Below, piece by piece: positions 10,473 through 19,940 of a DNA stretch of 64,000 bases. The position numbers were made by a program, and so were the translations under genes. Location: NCBI GenBank assembly GCA_963762565.1, contig CAVXLD010000001.1, positions 160,001-224,000 on the forward strand, read 5' to 3'. The stretch's first letter is position 1. Each line of letters starts with the position of its first letter. This DNA is from an uncultured Verrucomicrobiae bacterium. GTDB taxonomy: Bacteria > Verrucomicrobiota > Verrucomicrobiia > Chthoniobacterales > JAFAMB01. The notes under the pieces are model-generated. The model was not told the DNA's origin, ran no database searches, and worked only from the letters and a program-made list of their open reading frames with translations.

Positions 10473-11765
10473 TCATAAAGCTGCGAGTCTTTGAAAGAGG
10501 TTGGTTCGATCGGAACGGGAGTCATAACGGCAAAAGTAAAAGAAATGTTGAAGCCAGTCTTGGTGAGGGGAAGCGGCGATTAAGGGAAGCAAACGACTCA
10601 AATAGGCAGCGATTTTGAGTGGACTGAGAGCGTTTAGTTCAACGCCCCAAGGCTGAAGGGCAAAAGCGGTCTGCAGCAAGGCAATGGCTAGTAGTTTTGC
10701 TAAGAGTTGAATCTGGACCCAGAGTGGATTGCGAGCGGGAAGCTGACCGAGCTGAAAATGAGATTTCCAACTTTTGAAAAGCACTTCGATTTGCCACCGA
10801 GTGCTATAGACTTCCCAGAGTTGCTGGGCACTGAGTTGTTCAGCGGTGACGTTGGTCAATAGGATGGTCCAACCTAAAAGTTTGCGATAGCGTTTGGTGA
10901 GCTTTAGCGAGCGATCTTTTTTGGCGTTGGCCCGAGCGTGCCGCCGACGCTGAGCGGCTAAGGCTGGGGGCAAGCGCAAAGCCACTAAACGCACCGGGAG
11001 TCGCTCTTCGGCGCCTAACAGCAGCTCGACACTGAGTTGACAATGGTTTTGGACTAAAGCCAAAAGCTCGACCGGCTTTTGAGTTTTGGGATCAAAGAAA
11101 ACAAAATCGCTGCGGCAGCGACTCAAGAAATAGGCTCCGGCCTGGATGATCTGGCGCCAAACTTTAAAGACGGCGTAGCCCAAGTCGCGAATGACCAAGT
11201 CTCCGGGTTGGAGCAAACTTAAAATCAAGCTCGAGGCCTTCTGATCGTTGTCGGTCAGGGCACCGAGTTGGAAATGAAGCCAGCTTTGAGAACGCAGTTC
11301 AAAGACGGCTTGGATTTTGACGCTGGCAAGCTTGGCTTGGTGTTGATTACCACAAGCCGGAAAACAACTTGCCAGTCTGGGATGGAGGGCTAAAGCGGTG
11401 CTGTCCTGGAGCAAAACTCGGCCGAAAGGTTCCAACAGCCGACTGGGGCAAGAGCGGTGCATAAAATTGGCTAACAAGCTGGCCAAACAAAGTTGTAGAA
11501 AACCTAGCAGCCTTCTGTCGCAGCGCTGATGCAGAGCTTGTTTAGAGAACAGTCCGGCTTGCAAGGCACTTAATTGGGCCGCCCAGCTTTGGAAAGAATA
11601 GGCTGGGTAGCACAGACTCAAGAGGATGGATTGAAGGAATGCTTCCAGAGAGAGTTTTTTAGGGCGACGTAAGACAAAACCAGAGCTTCTAGCCAAGGTT
11701 TGCAGAGGCAAATAGGAAAAGCGTTGCAGCATATGATATATAGTATAAAAACTATATATTTGCAC
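10473..11765 (-). CDS. IS4-family DDE transposase (start may be ATG 11732)
   Basis: LLQDST, VIRDLGY, YSTRWQIEVLFKSWK (YREK signature). Confidence 0.92.
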   Translation of the reverse strand: MQIYSFYTIYHMLQRFSYLPLQTLARSSGFVLRRPKKLSLEAFLQSILLSLCYPAYSFQSWAAQLSALQAGLFSKQALHQRCDRRLLGFLQLCLASLLANFMHRSCPSRLLEPFGRVLLQDSTALALHPRLASCFPACGNQHQAKLASVKIQAVFELRSQSWLHFQLGALTDNDQKASSLILSLLQPGDLVIRDLGYAVFKVWRQIIQAGAYFLSRCRSDFVFFDPKTQKPVELLALVQNHCQLSVELLLGAEERLPVRLVALRLPPALAAQRRRHARANAKKDRSLKLTKRYRKLLGWTILLTNVTAEQLSAQQLWEVYSTRWQIEVLFKSWKSHFQLGQLPARNPLWVQIQLLAKLLAIALLQTAFALQPWGVELNALSPLKIAAYLSRLLPLIAASPHQDWLQHFFYFCRYDSRSDRTNLFQRLAAL

Positions 11766-11820
11766 CGCTTTTTTTCGCTCTCTTTCTTGCTCTTTAGAGC
11801 GTTAGACTTCTTTCCTAACC

Positions 11821-12012
11821 ATGGGCTATCCGGTCAAACTCCAAAAAGTCGATCGTCCCACCAATCGCAGCTTCTATGTCAATTTGCCTGCCGCTCTGGC
11901 CGACGCTATTGAACTGGACAAAGGAGAAGAATTAGAGTGGTTCGTCGAAGACAAAAACACCCTCATCCTGCGTCGAAAGAAACCGACTAAGCCCCTCAAA
12001 CTCAAGCACTAA
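11821..12012 (+). CDS. AbrB/MazE/SpoVT-like DNA-binding protein
   Basis: SFYVNLPAALADAIELDKGEELEWFVED...LILR swapped-hairpin pattern. Confidence 0.75.
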   Translation: MGYPVKLQKVDRPTNRSFYVNLPAALADAIELDKGEELEWFVEDKNTLILRRKKPTKPLKLKH

Positions 12013-12081
12013 CTCCTTATCTTGACGCCTATGGGCAGCCGCCAGGCGGCTGCCTGGCGGCTGCCGGACGAGCTCGGGTGT

Positions 12082-13755
12082 CTAATACGAGATCTGTTTA
12101 TCGGCGGGCCACTCCACCGTGTACTCAAATTCGATGATTTGTTTCGCTTGGGGGTCGACGCCAAAATTCCATGTCACCTTTCCGCTGTCTTTATCTAGCG
12201 TGGCCGGCTTAGGGGAAATCTGTCCGGGCGCGACGCTGATCTGACTGTCCTGAGAAACCGGTAGTTGGTCGTAAACCGTGATCTGAACTGGCGTTTTCCG
12301 ATGATTCTGAACCGTTATTTGGTACTTCTGCTGTCTCTGCCTGCGATGGTTGAACAGCCCGGTCTCGGCTTGGCGGTTGACTAGCTCCTTGCGATCAATC
12401 TTAATGGCGTCGTCGCGTCCGCAAAAGAGATCAAACTCCGCACCCGCCACGATCTCCCGCATCGCCACTTTGCCAATCAAGTCGCCGTCCCGAAAGACAT
12501 GAACGTCGCCCGCCAACAAAGTGTCCGGCGAAGAATTGGTTAAATGCACCTTCACAAAGGCGCCGAGCTCGAGCTTCGGTGTCGCGACGTAGGCCAGCTG
12601 CCCGTTCAGTTTCAACTGGTTCAGGTTTGTCTGGTGAGGTTGGCCGTCACCGGGAATATCGACCGGATTAGCCGCCAGGTAAGTAACTGCCAGACCGGCG
12701 GTCTGGAGACTTGCATTCTGTATGTTCACTTCTGCTGCTTGCTGGCCCGGCGCACGCGCCATCGGAACCGGAATCGACTCCGCTTTAGTAGCGGATCTGG
12801 GTGCGCCTTCCGGATTCTCTGTCGTCACCTGCGGCGCCACCAGCGTTAAATAGTCCGGACTAAGCTCTGGTAGCTCACCATTCTCTCCGGGGCGCGCCGT
12901 GGAGACGCTTAGTCTGACGCCGGTCCAGTCTTCTCCGGTCTTTTGGCGAACGAGGGCGCTGTATCCCAACTGTACCGAACCATCGCTGGTATTGACACGA
13001 GCATCGTAGACCGGCTCCCAAGCTGCATTGGATACGGTGTATCGGACAAACAAAGTCAGTTCAGTGGCAGCCGATGCGTCCACATTCACTAACACTTTGC
13101 GAACGGCCTTTTGTTGACTCAAACCGTTCAACTCCAGTTTGGTCCGGTCGATCTCGAGTTGCAGGGACCGTTCCTTCGTTTGGAGTTCGAGTAGTGTACT
13201 GGCAGCGTCGGTCAAACCATTGACATAAAAGTCGTAGACCTTTTTAAGATCATCGACATCTTGAGCTCCTTTTTCCGAATGCCCGACACCGGAGCCAATG
13301 CTTTTGAAAAAAGATTCCCGGTCTGCTGCCAAGGCGATCTGTGCATCCAGCGAGGCCTTCTGTGCCAAGAGGTTGTCCAGTTGGCCTTGTACTTCGGCGG
13401 TTCGGGGATTGGCGTTGGTTGCCCAGAATTGTTGCCCGACGTCGACACTGCGGATAGTGACCGGACTACCGGATTTGCCGGTAACCTCGATCGTTTTTTC
13501 ATCCAAGCCGGTGGTTAGCCCGCCAATTTCTACCACTGACGGTCCCGCCGGTATCTGAGTAACCGCCGAGCGGGTGACGCGGGCCCGATCACCGTAAACG
13601 GTGACCTCAACGATTCTGGCGTCCAATTGGGCGCGGCCGGGAACGGGTTCAGTATTTCCTGACGTCTGAGCGCCCGCCGGTGCTGCGCCGTATGCTAGGA
13701 CGACCAGCAACGCGATCGCCATAACCGACCCGCCACGGAAAAAGTTTTGTCTCAT
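12082..13755 (-). CDS. DUF4140/DUF4139 (MuiA-like) secreted protein
   Basis: IVEVTVYGDRARVTR, coiled coil, WEPVYDAR, QKTGEDW, DQLPVS. Confidence 0.85.
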   Translation of the reverse strand: MRQNFFRGGSVMAIALLVVLAYGAAPAGAQTSGNTEPVPGRAQLDARIVEVTVYGDRARVTRSAVTQIPAGPSVVEIGGLTTGLDEKTIEVTGKSGSPVTIRSVDVGQQFWATNANPRTAEVQGQLDNLLAQKASLDAQIALAADRESFFKSIGSGVGHSEKGAQDVDDLKKVYDFYVNGLTDAASTLLELQTKERSLQLEIDRTKLELNGLSQQKAVRKVLVNVDASAATELTLFVRYTVSNAAWEPVYDARVNTSDGSVQLGYSALVRQKTGEDWTGVRLSVSTARPGENGELPELSPDYLTLVAPQVTTENPEGAPRSATKAESIPVPMARAPGQQAAEVNIQNASLQTAGLAVTYLAANPVDIPGDGQPHQTNLNQLKLNGQLAYVATPKLELGAFVKVHLTNSSPDTLLAGDVHVFRDGDLIGKVAMREIVAGAEFDLFCGRDDAIKIDRKELVNRQAETGLFNHRRQRQQKYQITVQNHRKTPVQITVYDQLPVSQDSQISVAPGQISPKPATLDKDSGKVTWNFGVDPQAKQIIEFEYTVEWPADKQISY

Positions 13756-13879
13756 AGTAGGGCTTACCCGGGTGTGTAATCGAAAGTTTCGTCGTCGCTC
13801 GTCGTCGCGAACGCGAACAGCTCTATAATCCTGGATGTAGTCTCACGCTGGATCGAGTTTGTCATGGGCTCGATAACGG

Positions 13880-13905
13880 CGGATCGCGAGGACGCGATCC
13901 CTCCC
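13880..13905 (-). repeat. REP-like hairpin GGGAGGGATCGCGTCCTCGCGATCCG (single copy)
   Basis: Matches the ends of the elements at 16914, 45195 and 48911. Confidence 0.8.
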
Positions 13906-14185
13906 CAGGCAATGGCTATGTTCATTAGGAGGACCGGCATCAAGGCGCCTAATGACTAATTCCGTTCGGACTGGAAGCAAACCACCAAAAAAAGATAGTC
14001 TGAGGAAGTAATGCGGGCCCAGAGCTATTTGCGCGATTACTATGCTCAACGGGCTGCGCAGCGGGCAAACCACGCCCGGCGAATCTCCGGCCATAAAGAG
14101 ATAAAGTTCGCAGAAGCCTTTCAGCAAATTACGCCGGTTGTGCTAAAAAAGTTTCGATAACCCCGAACCCACACGCAGGAAACAA

Positions 14186-14493
14186 ACAACCGCGAATGGA
14201 CACGAATTGACACGAAGACAAAAGGAAAAGTCCAACCGCAGATGAACGCAGATTGACGCAGATAATATCGGCTCCGATTAGGTTATTTGAAGTTATTGGC
14301 CGTAGATTTCTGGTCGGTCGGCCTATTGCGGCAAGTAGCGAGGACAAATACATAAACGATTCGCCTATCGGAATAAAATGAGGCAAGGCTCCACGAGCCG
14401 AGCGAAGAAACCTCGTCCATCTGCTTAAATCTGCGTCCATCTGCGGTTAAATCTTTTCTTTTTTTCGTGTCAATTCGTGTCCGTTCGCGGTTT
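14186..14493. repeat. Nested inverted 9/10-mer repeats, same family as 7733-7939
   Basis: aaccgcgaatggacacgaattgacacgaa...cgcagatgaacgcagattgacgcagat...atctgcgtccatctgcggtt...ttcgtgtcaattcgtgtccgttcgcggtt. Confidence 0.8.
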
Positions 14494-14513
14494 AGAGATG
14501 TCCGTTCCCCCAA

Positions 14514-15308
14514 ATGAAAACAACCAATCTCGCATTCATTCTTGTTAGTGCTATCTGTCTCACTAACGCCGCGGCCAAGGCTGCGGATCGAACACTGACT
14601 TTCGGTGTCATTGCCAAAGCCAATAACAATCCGGTCTTCCATGTAGTCAGAGTAAGCTCGGAAGCAGAGGCCAAAAAACTAAGTGCAGAAAAAGGTGTGC
14701 AAGTTAAGATTGATTGGCGGACGCCAGACGAAGAAGATCCCCAAAAACAGGCGGAGGCCATCGAACAGCTTGTAAATGCCGGCGCTTCCGGCATCGCGGT
14801 CAGCTGTTCAGATCCGAATAAGTTGACTTCGGCGATTGATGACGCAGTGGCACACGGGGTGCCAGTAGTTACTTTTGATTCCGATGCTCCGAAGAGCAAG
14901 CGATTTGCTTTTGTGGGGACGGACGACGTGGAGTGCGGCCGAGACCTTTGCCGCGCTATCGCTAAAGAGCAAGCGCACCCCGAGGTTAACGGCTGGGCTA
15001 TGCTCGCAGGTTGGGCTCTGTTCAGCGACCGCGCTCTAAAATGGTCCCCGGGCACAGTAAAGGTGGTTGCCATTGTTTCTCATCCAGCCACCTTTCAGTA
15101 TATCCGGGAGGGCTACACCGATCTGTTGCTTGCCCAGCAAGTTTACAACTGGGGAGCGCGCCCGGTGGATCTCCTTTTCGACGCGGTTCAGAACGGTAAA
15201 TACCCGGCAGACTGGTTTATCAAAATTTCCCTGTTGCCTGTTACTAAGGACAATATGGACGACCTGTACAAGCGCTGGACCGCCTGGCTTCAAGGCCAGA
15301 GCAGCTGA
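14514..15308 (+). CDS. Sugar ABC-type periplasmic binding protein (Peripla_BP_4-like), apparently internally deleted
   Basis: Signal peptide, NNPVF, GVPVVTFDSD, FVGTDD; short for the family. Confidence 0.75.
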   Translation: MKTTNLAFILVSAICLTNAAAKAADRTLTFGVIAKANNNPVFHVVRVSSEAEAKKLSAEKGVQVKIDWRTPDEEDPQKQAEAIEQLVNAGASGIAVSCSDPNKLTSAIDDAVAHGVPVVTFDSDAPKSKRFAFVGTDDVECGRDLCRAIAKEQAHPEVNGWAMLAGWALFSDRALKWSPGTVKVVAIVSHPATFQYIREGYTDLLLAQQVYNWGARPVDLLFDAVQNGKYPADWFIKISLLPVTKDNMDDLYKRWTAWLQGQSS

Positions 15309-15314
15309 CGGTAG

Positions 15315-15447
15315 CTCGCCTGAGGCTCGCTACCGAATAGCCAATAGCCGATAGCCAATTGAAAATACTTCGTGGCGATCTGGTTTAACGGTCTTTTTTG
15401 GCTATTGGCTATCGGCTATTGGTAATGCCGAACGAGCCTCAGGCGAG
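15315..15447. repeat. Inverted element CTCGCCTGAGGCTCG..(AATAGCC)n..(GGCTATT)n..CGAGCCTCAGGCGAG
   Basis: Direct reading. Confidence 0.85.
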
Positions 15448-15489
15448 TTCGGCAGGCTTGGCCCGATTATTGTTGTAAGAATTCTTCCT

Positions 15490-16446
15490 ATGCCTCCCTT
15501 TCGCTCATCACTTGCGATCACCATTGGTCTGTCCCTTATGCTAAGCTCTGTTTCAGCCCTGAATGCGCAAACACGGACAAAGACTAAACCCCCTTATCCA
15601 ACCGTTGCTAAGAGTGTCTCCTGGATCGTGAACGTCCCTTATGTGACGGGAGGCGGCGCCGAACAGCAGCTAGATCTTTATATTCCCACTGATCGGCACG
15701 GCGAACCGCTCGTTGTCTTCATCCACGGCGGCGGTTTTGATCATGGCGATAAGGCAGGCGACAGTATTAACCCCAACAATCTTCAATGGCTCTGGCAAGG
15801 TTACGCCATGGCTTCGGTGAATTACCGCTTTTTGCAACATGCACTGTGGCCCGCGCAAATTGAGGATTGTAAAGCGGCTATCCGCTGGCTGAGGGCGCAC
15901 GCTAACGATTATGGCTATGCACCAAATAAAATAGCGGTCGTTGGCGAGTCGGCCGGAGGGCATCTCGTTGCAATGCTGGGAACGACTACCGGAAAGAAAG
16001 TGTTCGACGTCGGTGAGAACCTTGATCAGACCAGCGATGTGACTTGTGTAGTCGATTTGTTTGGACCGGTGGATGTGACGAGGCTTCCGGGGCTAGCCGC
16101 GAAATTGCTGGGAGCGGATAACAAAGACAATCCAGAGCTGCGACGGAATGCCAGTCCAATCACCTACGTGCACGAGGGACAGCCGCCCATCCTGGTAGTT
16201 CACGGTACGGACGATAAACTCGTGCCCTATGAACAGGCGGAACTATTCGCCGATGCGATGGACAAGGTCCACGCGCCCTACCATTTCCACACGGTCGCTG
16301 GCGGCGGTCACAATCCTTTTTTCGGACTTAATACGAATCCAAAAACAGGTTGGTTTGACGCGGGCGGCGGCGGGATCGGGCTCTTTGAGGACCCAGCGGT
16401 TGAACCAATGATTATCGAATTCCTGCATCAAAATCTTGGGAGCTGA
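15490..16446 (+). CDS. Secreted alpha/beta hydrolase (HSL/BD-FAE-like esterase)
   Basis: HGGGF, GESAGG, HGTDD.LVP, GH. Confidence 0.9.
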   Translation: MPPFRSSLAITIGLSLMLSSVSALNAQTRTKTKPPYPTVAKSVSWIVNVPYVTGGGAEQQLDLYIPTDRHGEPLVVFIHGGGFDHGDKAGDSINPNNLQWLWQGYAMASVNYRFLQHALWPAQIEDCKAAIRWLRAHANDYGYAPNKIAVVGESAGGHLVAMLGTTTGKKVFDVGENLDQTSDVTCVVDLFGPVDVTRLPGLAAKLLGADNKDNPELRRNASPITYVHEGQPPILVVHGTDDKLVPYEQAELFADAMDKVHAPYHFHTVAGGGHNPFFGLNTNPKTGWFDAGGGGIGLFEDPAVEPMIIEFLHQNLGS

Positions 16447-16455
16447 TGGAGCCAA

Positions 16456-16539
16456 GTGGAGTGGTGGAGTGATGGAGTGATGGAGTATTGGAGTATTGGA
16501 GTGTTGGTGTACTGCATTACTCCAGCACTCCATTACTCC
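16456..16539. repeat. Inverted 8-mer cluster (TGGAGTRN)n...(NYACTCCA)n
   Basis: Direct reading; related units at 21286-21323 and 21762-21804. Confidence 0.85.
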
Positions 16540-16666
16540 GTTTGATTCCTCCCGCGTCGTCGCTTGTTTACCCATATGACTTCGCCGTTGCTGCTCAATC
16601 GCCGAACTGCATTAAAACTCGGACTCGGGACGGTATTGGTGGCCTGCTTGGGCTCCGTGCGGCGCG

Positions 16667-16867
16667 GGCAGTCTTGGCCAAGCTGAGATCGCGCGCTCAC
16701 TCCTTGTGTACTTCACAGACGTGCAAGCGCAGGTCAGGAAGCTGGCTGAAAACGGAAACGTCGACGCAATCGTCAGGGAACTGAAACCGCAAATAAGAGC
16801 CACCTACTCGACCTGGGAACACGACTGGTTTATCGAGGCGGCGATACGGTATTTTGCGCAGGCGTAG
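16667..16867 (+). pseudogene. C-terminal gene remnant, possibly from an MBL-fold hydrolase
   Basis: Hand translation GSLGQAEIARSLLVYFTDVQAQVRKLAENG...WEHDWFIEAAIRYFAQA*; no start or N-terminus. Confidence 0.35.
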
Positions 16868-16913
16868 CGAGGAGCTTCGTTCTCGTTCTTAGAATGAAGA
16901 AGGGCCCATCGCC

Positions 16914-17096
16914 GGGAGGGATCGCGTCCTCGCGATCCGTTTGTTAACGAAGCCGAGGACGTGTTGTGATCTTGGACAAAAATACACCTTTGGGTTGTGC
17001 CACGTCGTCGCGGCGCACGGGGATCCGACGTCGCCCCCGTGGTGATAAAATCGATTAGATGCAACCGGCTATGTCGGACAGGCGGCGCGCCCTCCC
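16914..17096. repeat. REP-like inverted pair (GGGAGGG..CGCG family); right REP split by a ~60-bp insert
   Basis: GGGAGGGATCGCGTCCTCGCGATCCG ... GCGGCGCACGGGGA[insert]GCGCGCCCTCCC. Confidence 0.7.
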
Positions 17097-17313
17097 CGAT
17101 CCCCGCGACTCAAAGGCGGTTAAAGGACGTCGTCACTTTTTATATGAATTTCGCCACTTTTGCTATCCCGTTTCCATGGAAGATCGGCTAGACTGCCCAG
17201 TTATGTCCCCCCTAAACATCAGTCAAAAATCGTCTTTTTTATCGGCAGAAAAGACCGGCTTCAGAGGTCTCTCTTGCATCGTTTCCAGGGAATATGGGGC
17301 TCGTCTTATTCCA

Positions 17314-18342
17314 ATGATTTTGGCGCCGTTACTCGCAGTAGCACTGCTTCCGGCTTTCGGAGCCGACAGCGGCTACAACGGTGGCCAACCAACCAATCCC
17401 AAGGACCTAAAAGGCAAAAAGATCGTTTTAGCCGATGTGCCAAAACTGATCGGGATCGGATATTTCGCCGCCACAACCAAGGGCGAAGCGGAAGCGGCTG
17501 CGGAATTGACCAAGAACGGTCTTCCGACCGAGGTCACCACGGATGCACCGACCGAAGCAGCGATCCAGAAACAGATTGAGTATATCGACAATGATATCTC
17601 AAAGGGAGTCGATGGGATCCTGTTCGCATCGAATGATCCGACCGCGATCTCGCCAGTGCTGCGCAAGGCGCTCAAGGCAGGCATCCACGTCATCGGTTAT
17701 GACGCGGAGTCGGAGCCGGACGCCCGGGAATGGTTCATTCAACAGGCTACACCGGACGGAATCGCCAAAGCCTTGGTCGATTCGATGGTAGCCGAGGTCG
17801 GCAAGAAGGCCGATATCGGGATCGTCACTAGTTCGTTGACCGCGCCGAATCAGAATGCCTGGATTGCTGAAATCAAAAAATACATTTCTGCCCAGGGCTT
17901 AGGGCTCAATATTGTGGCGATTCTTCCGTCGGAAGAGGACCAACAGAAGGCATTCCAAGCTACCGGTGACATCATCAAGGCCCACCCGACCGTCAAAGGA
18001 ATCATCGGCTTATCCAGTGTCGCGTTTCCTGGAGCAGCGGATGCCATCACCCACGCGAATCTAATCGGCAAAGTTGCCTGTACCGGACTGTCGACACCGA
18101 ACCAGATGAAACCGTTTGTGAAATCCGGGTGTGTCAAATCCGTCGTTTTGTGGAACCCGGTGGATCTCGGTTACGCCGCCGTTTATGCCATGCGAGCGGT
18201 AGTGGATGGAAAACTTAAGCCGGGCGACACCGAGCTTGAAGCAGGCAAACTTGGGAAACTCAAGCTGATCAACGGCAGCCAATTCTTGCTGGGACCGCCC
18301 TTTATCTTCAATAAGGATAACATCGACCAGTTCGATTTTTGA
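17314..18342 (+). CDS. Sugar/AI-2 (LsrB/RhaS-like) ABC substrate-binding protein; start uncertain
   Basis: VPKLIGIGYF, NDPTAI, TAPNQNAW, TGLSTPNQM, LWNPVDLGY, FNKDNIDQFDF. Confidence 0.85.
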   Translation: MILAPLLAVALLPAFGADSGYNGGQPTNPKDLKGKKIVLADVPKLIGIGYFAATTKGEAEAAAELTKNGLPTEVTTDAPTEAAIQKQIEYIDNDISKGVDGILFASNDPTAISPVLRKALKAGIHVIGYDAESEPDAREWFIQQATPDGIAKALVDSMVAEVGKKADIGIVTSSLTAPNQNAWIAEIKKYISAQGLGLNIVAILPSEEDQQKAFQATGDIIKAHPTVKGIIGLSSVAFPGAADAITHANLIGKVACTGLSTPNQMKPFVKSGCVKSVVLWNPVDLGYAAVYAMRAVVDGKLKPGDTELEAGKLGKLKLINGSQFLLGPPFIFNKDNIDQFDF

Positions 18343-18473
18343 GACGGTTTACTTTTGCGGGGTTCGCCTGCCCGTTTGCTGGTTCTCGGCGAGCAAGGAC
18401 GGCTCGCCGGAAACGATAAGAAAGAGGATCCAGCAACACGGAACGAGGCTCATTAGTTCGGGGAGGTAAAGCC

Positions 18474-19154
18474 ATGAGCACAAGTAGAAGTCCAGGTTCG
18501 GAAAGTCCGTACAGCGCTGCGGAGCTTGGCATGTTAGCTCATCTGTATCGAGGCGAGATGTATCGCAGCAAGGTCTGGCGAACCCGGCTCGACGCGACCA
18601 CCAACTGGGCTGTAGCGACCACCGGGATCGCTCTCTCCGTCGCTTTTGCCAGCCCTGCAAACTCGCCTCTCCCCCTCGTTCTGGTGTCCTTAATGTCTCT
18701 GGTATTTCTTGCCATCGAAGGCCGCCGCTATCGGTATTTTGATATCTGGCGAACGCGTGTCCGGTTAATGGAGGTTTCAATGTTCGTTCCCCTTCTGCGG
18801 CTTGAAGGGGTACGCGTTGATAACCGCTGGAACGAAGAGCTGGCCAATGACTACGAACGGCTTCGTTTTCACATCACCTTTTTGGAGGCTGCTGGACGAC
18901 GGTTGCGACGAAACTATTCGTTCCTATTCGCGGTCCAAGCTGTTAGCTACATCGCCAAAATCTGCATCCATCCGACTCCGGTCACGTCACTCGACGATCT
19001 CTGGCAGCACGCGGCGATCGGTCCACTTCCCGGGCAGATCGTTCTAATTTTCGGGTTTCTCTTCCACACCAGCCTGGTTGCCCTATCGGTCCTCACTTTG
19101 AAAGGACAGCGGGCAGCCGGCCGGGTTGAATCGATGCCGGTTAAGTATGTTTAG
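18474..19154 (+). CDS. DUF2270 membrane protein
   Basis: AHLYRGE..R...WRTRLDATTNWAV; EGRRYRYFD. Confidence 0.85.
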   Translation: MSTSRSPGSESPYSAAELGMLAHLYRGEMYRSKVWRTRLDATTNWAVATTGIALSVAFASPANSPLPLVLVSLMSLVFLAIEGRRYRYFDIWRTRVRLMEVSMFVPLLRLEGVRVDNRWNEELANDYERLRFHITFLEAAGRRLRRNYSFLFAVQAVSYIAKICIHPTPVTSLDDLWQHAAIGPLPGQIVLIFGFLFHTSLVALSVLTLKGQRAAGRVESMPVKYV

Positions 19155-19168
19155 ATGTGACAGATTAA

Positions 19169-19918
19169 ATGCCGATCAGGAAAGAATCCGGGAATCGCGT
19201 TTTTAGTTATTTTTGCCGGTATTTGGTGCGTCTGATCTTTTCTTGGTCGTGTCGAGTCCATCGGCTCCGAAAGAGTCAAGAGTACCCGAGTGGACCGTTT
19301 ATTGTGGTGGCAAACCACATCAGCCATTTCGATCCGCCAATGCTCGGATGCTGGTTTCCGCGGTACATCGACTGGATGGCCATGGAGGAATTATATAGTA
19401 AACGCTGGAGCGCATGGCTCATGCGTTCGCTCTGCGCGATTCCGGTGAAACGGGCTGCCGGTGATTTCGCTTCCTTACGGGCCGCGCTGGGTCGACTGAA
19501 GCTTGGCCGAGTTGTCGGCATTTTTCCGGAGGGCGGCATTCGGGCGGGGACAGGATCGATTCTAGAAGGAGCGCCGATTTGGGGAGGGTTTGCCGGGCTC
19601 AGCATCCTCTCGGATAAACCGGTCGTTCCCTGTGTTATCATCGGGACTGATCGTCTTTACCGGCCTAAGAATTGGCTGCCATTCCGCCGTGTAGAAATAT
19701 GGATGGGGTTCGGCGAGGCGATTCAGCCTCCAAACGATGTCCCGCGGGAACAAGCTCAAGCGGTTTTAGTCGACCGTGTCAGAGCATCCCTAAATGCACT
19801 CAAAGAAGAGCTGGTCCGACACTACGGGCTTCGTCCCGATGACTTGCCTCAAACACCGCAGTACCGGAAAAGAGAAAACGCTACGCCGACAAACAGAAAG
19901 GGCGGTTCGGCTGGCTAG
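19169..19918 (+). CDS. Lysophospholipid acyltransferase (PlsC-like)
   Basis: NHISHFD, IFPEG. Confidence 0.9.
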   Translation: MPIRKESGNRVFSYFCRYLVRLIFSWSCRVHRLRKSQEYPSGPFIVVANHISHFDPPMLGCWFPRYIDWMAMEELYSKRWSAWLMRSLCAIPVKRAAGDFASLRAALGRLKLGRVVGIFPEGGIRAGTGSILEGAPIWGGFAGLSILSDKPVVPCVIIGTDRLYRPKNWLPFRRVEIWMGFGEAIQPPNDVPREQAQAVLVDRVRASLNALKEELVRHYGLRPDDLPQTPQYRKRENATPTNRKGGSAG

Positions 19919-19940
19919 CTCGAAGATTTTTGGAAGAAAA

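Larger units (their letters stand above)
10447..12033. mobile_element. IS4-family insertion sequence with a divergent passenger gene
   Basis: Terminal inverted repeats CATGCGCGTCAAGATAAGGAGT / ACTCCTTATCTTGACGCCTATG enclosing a DDE transposase. Confidence 0.88.

Noticed and set aside
11821..12012. Toxin-antitoxin module
   Set aside because: No toxin ORF follows the AbrB-like gene; the IS end comes immediately.
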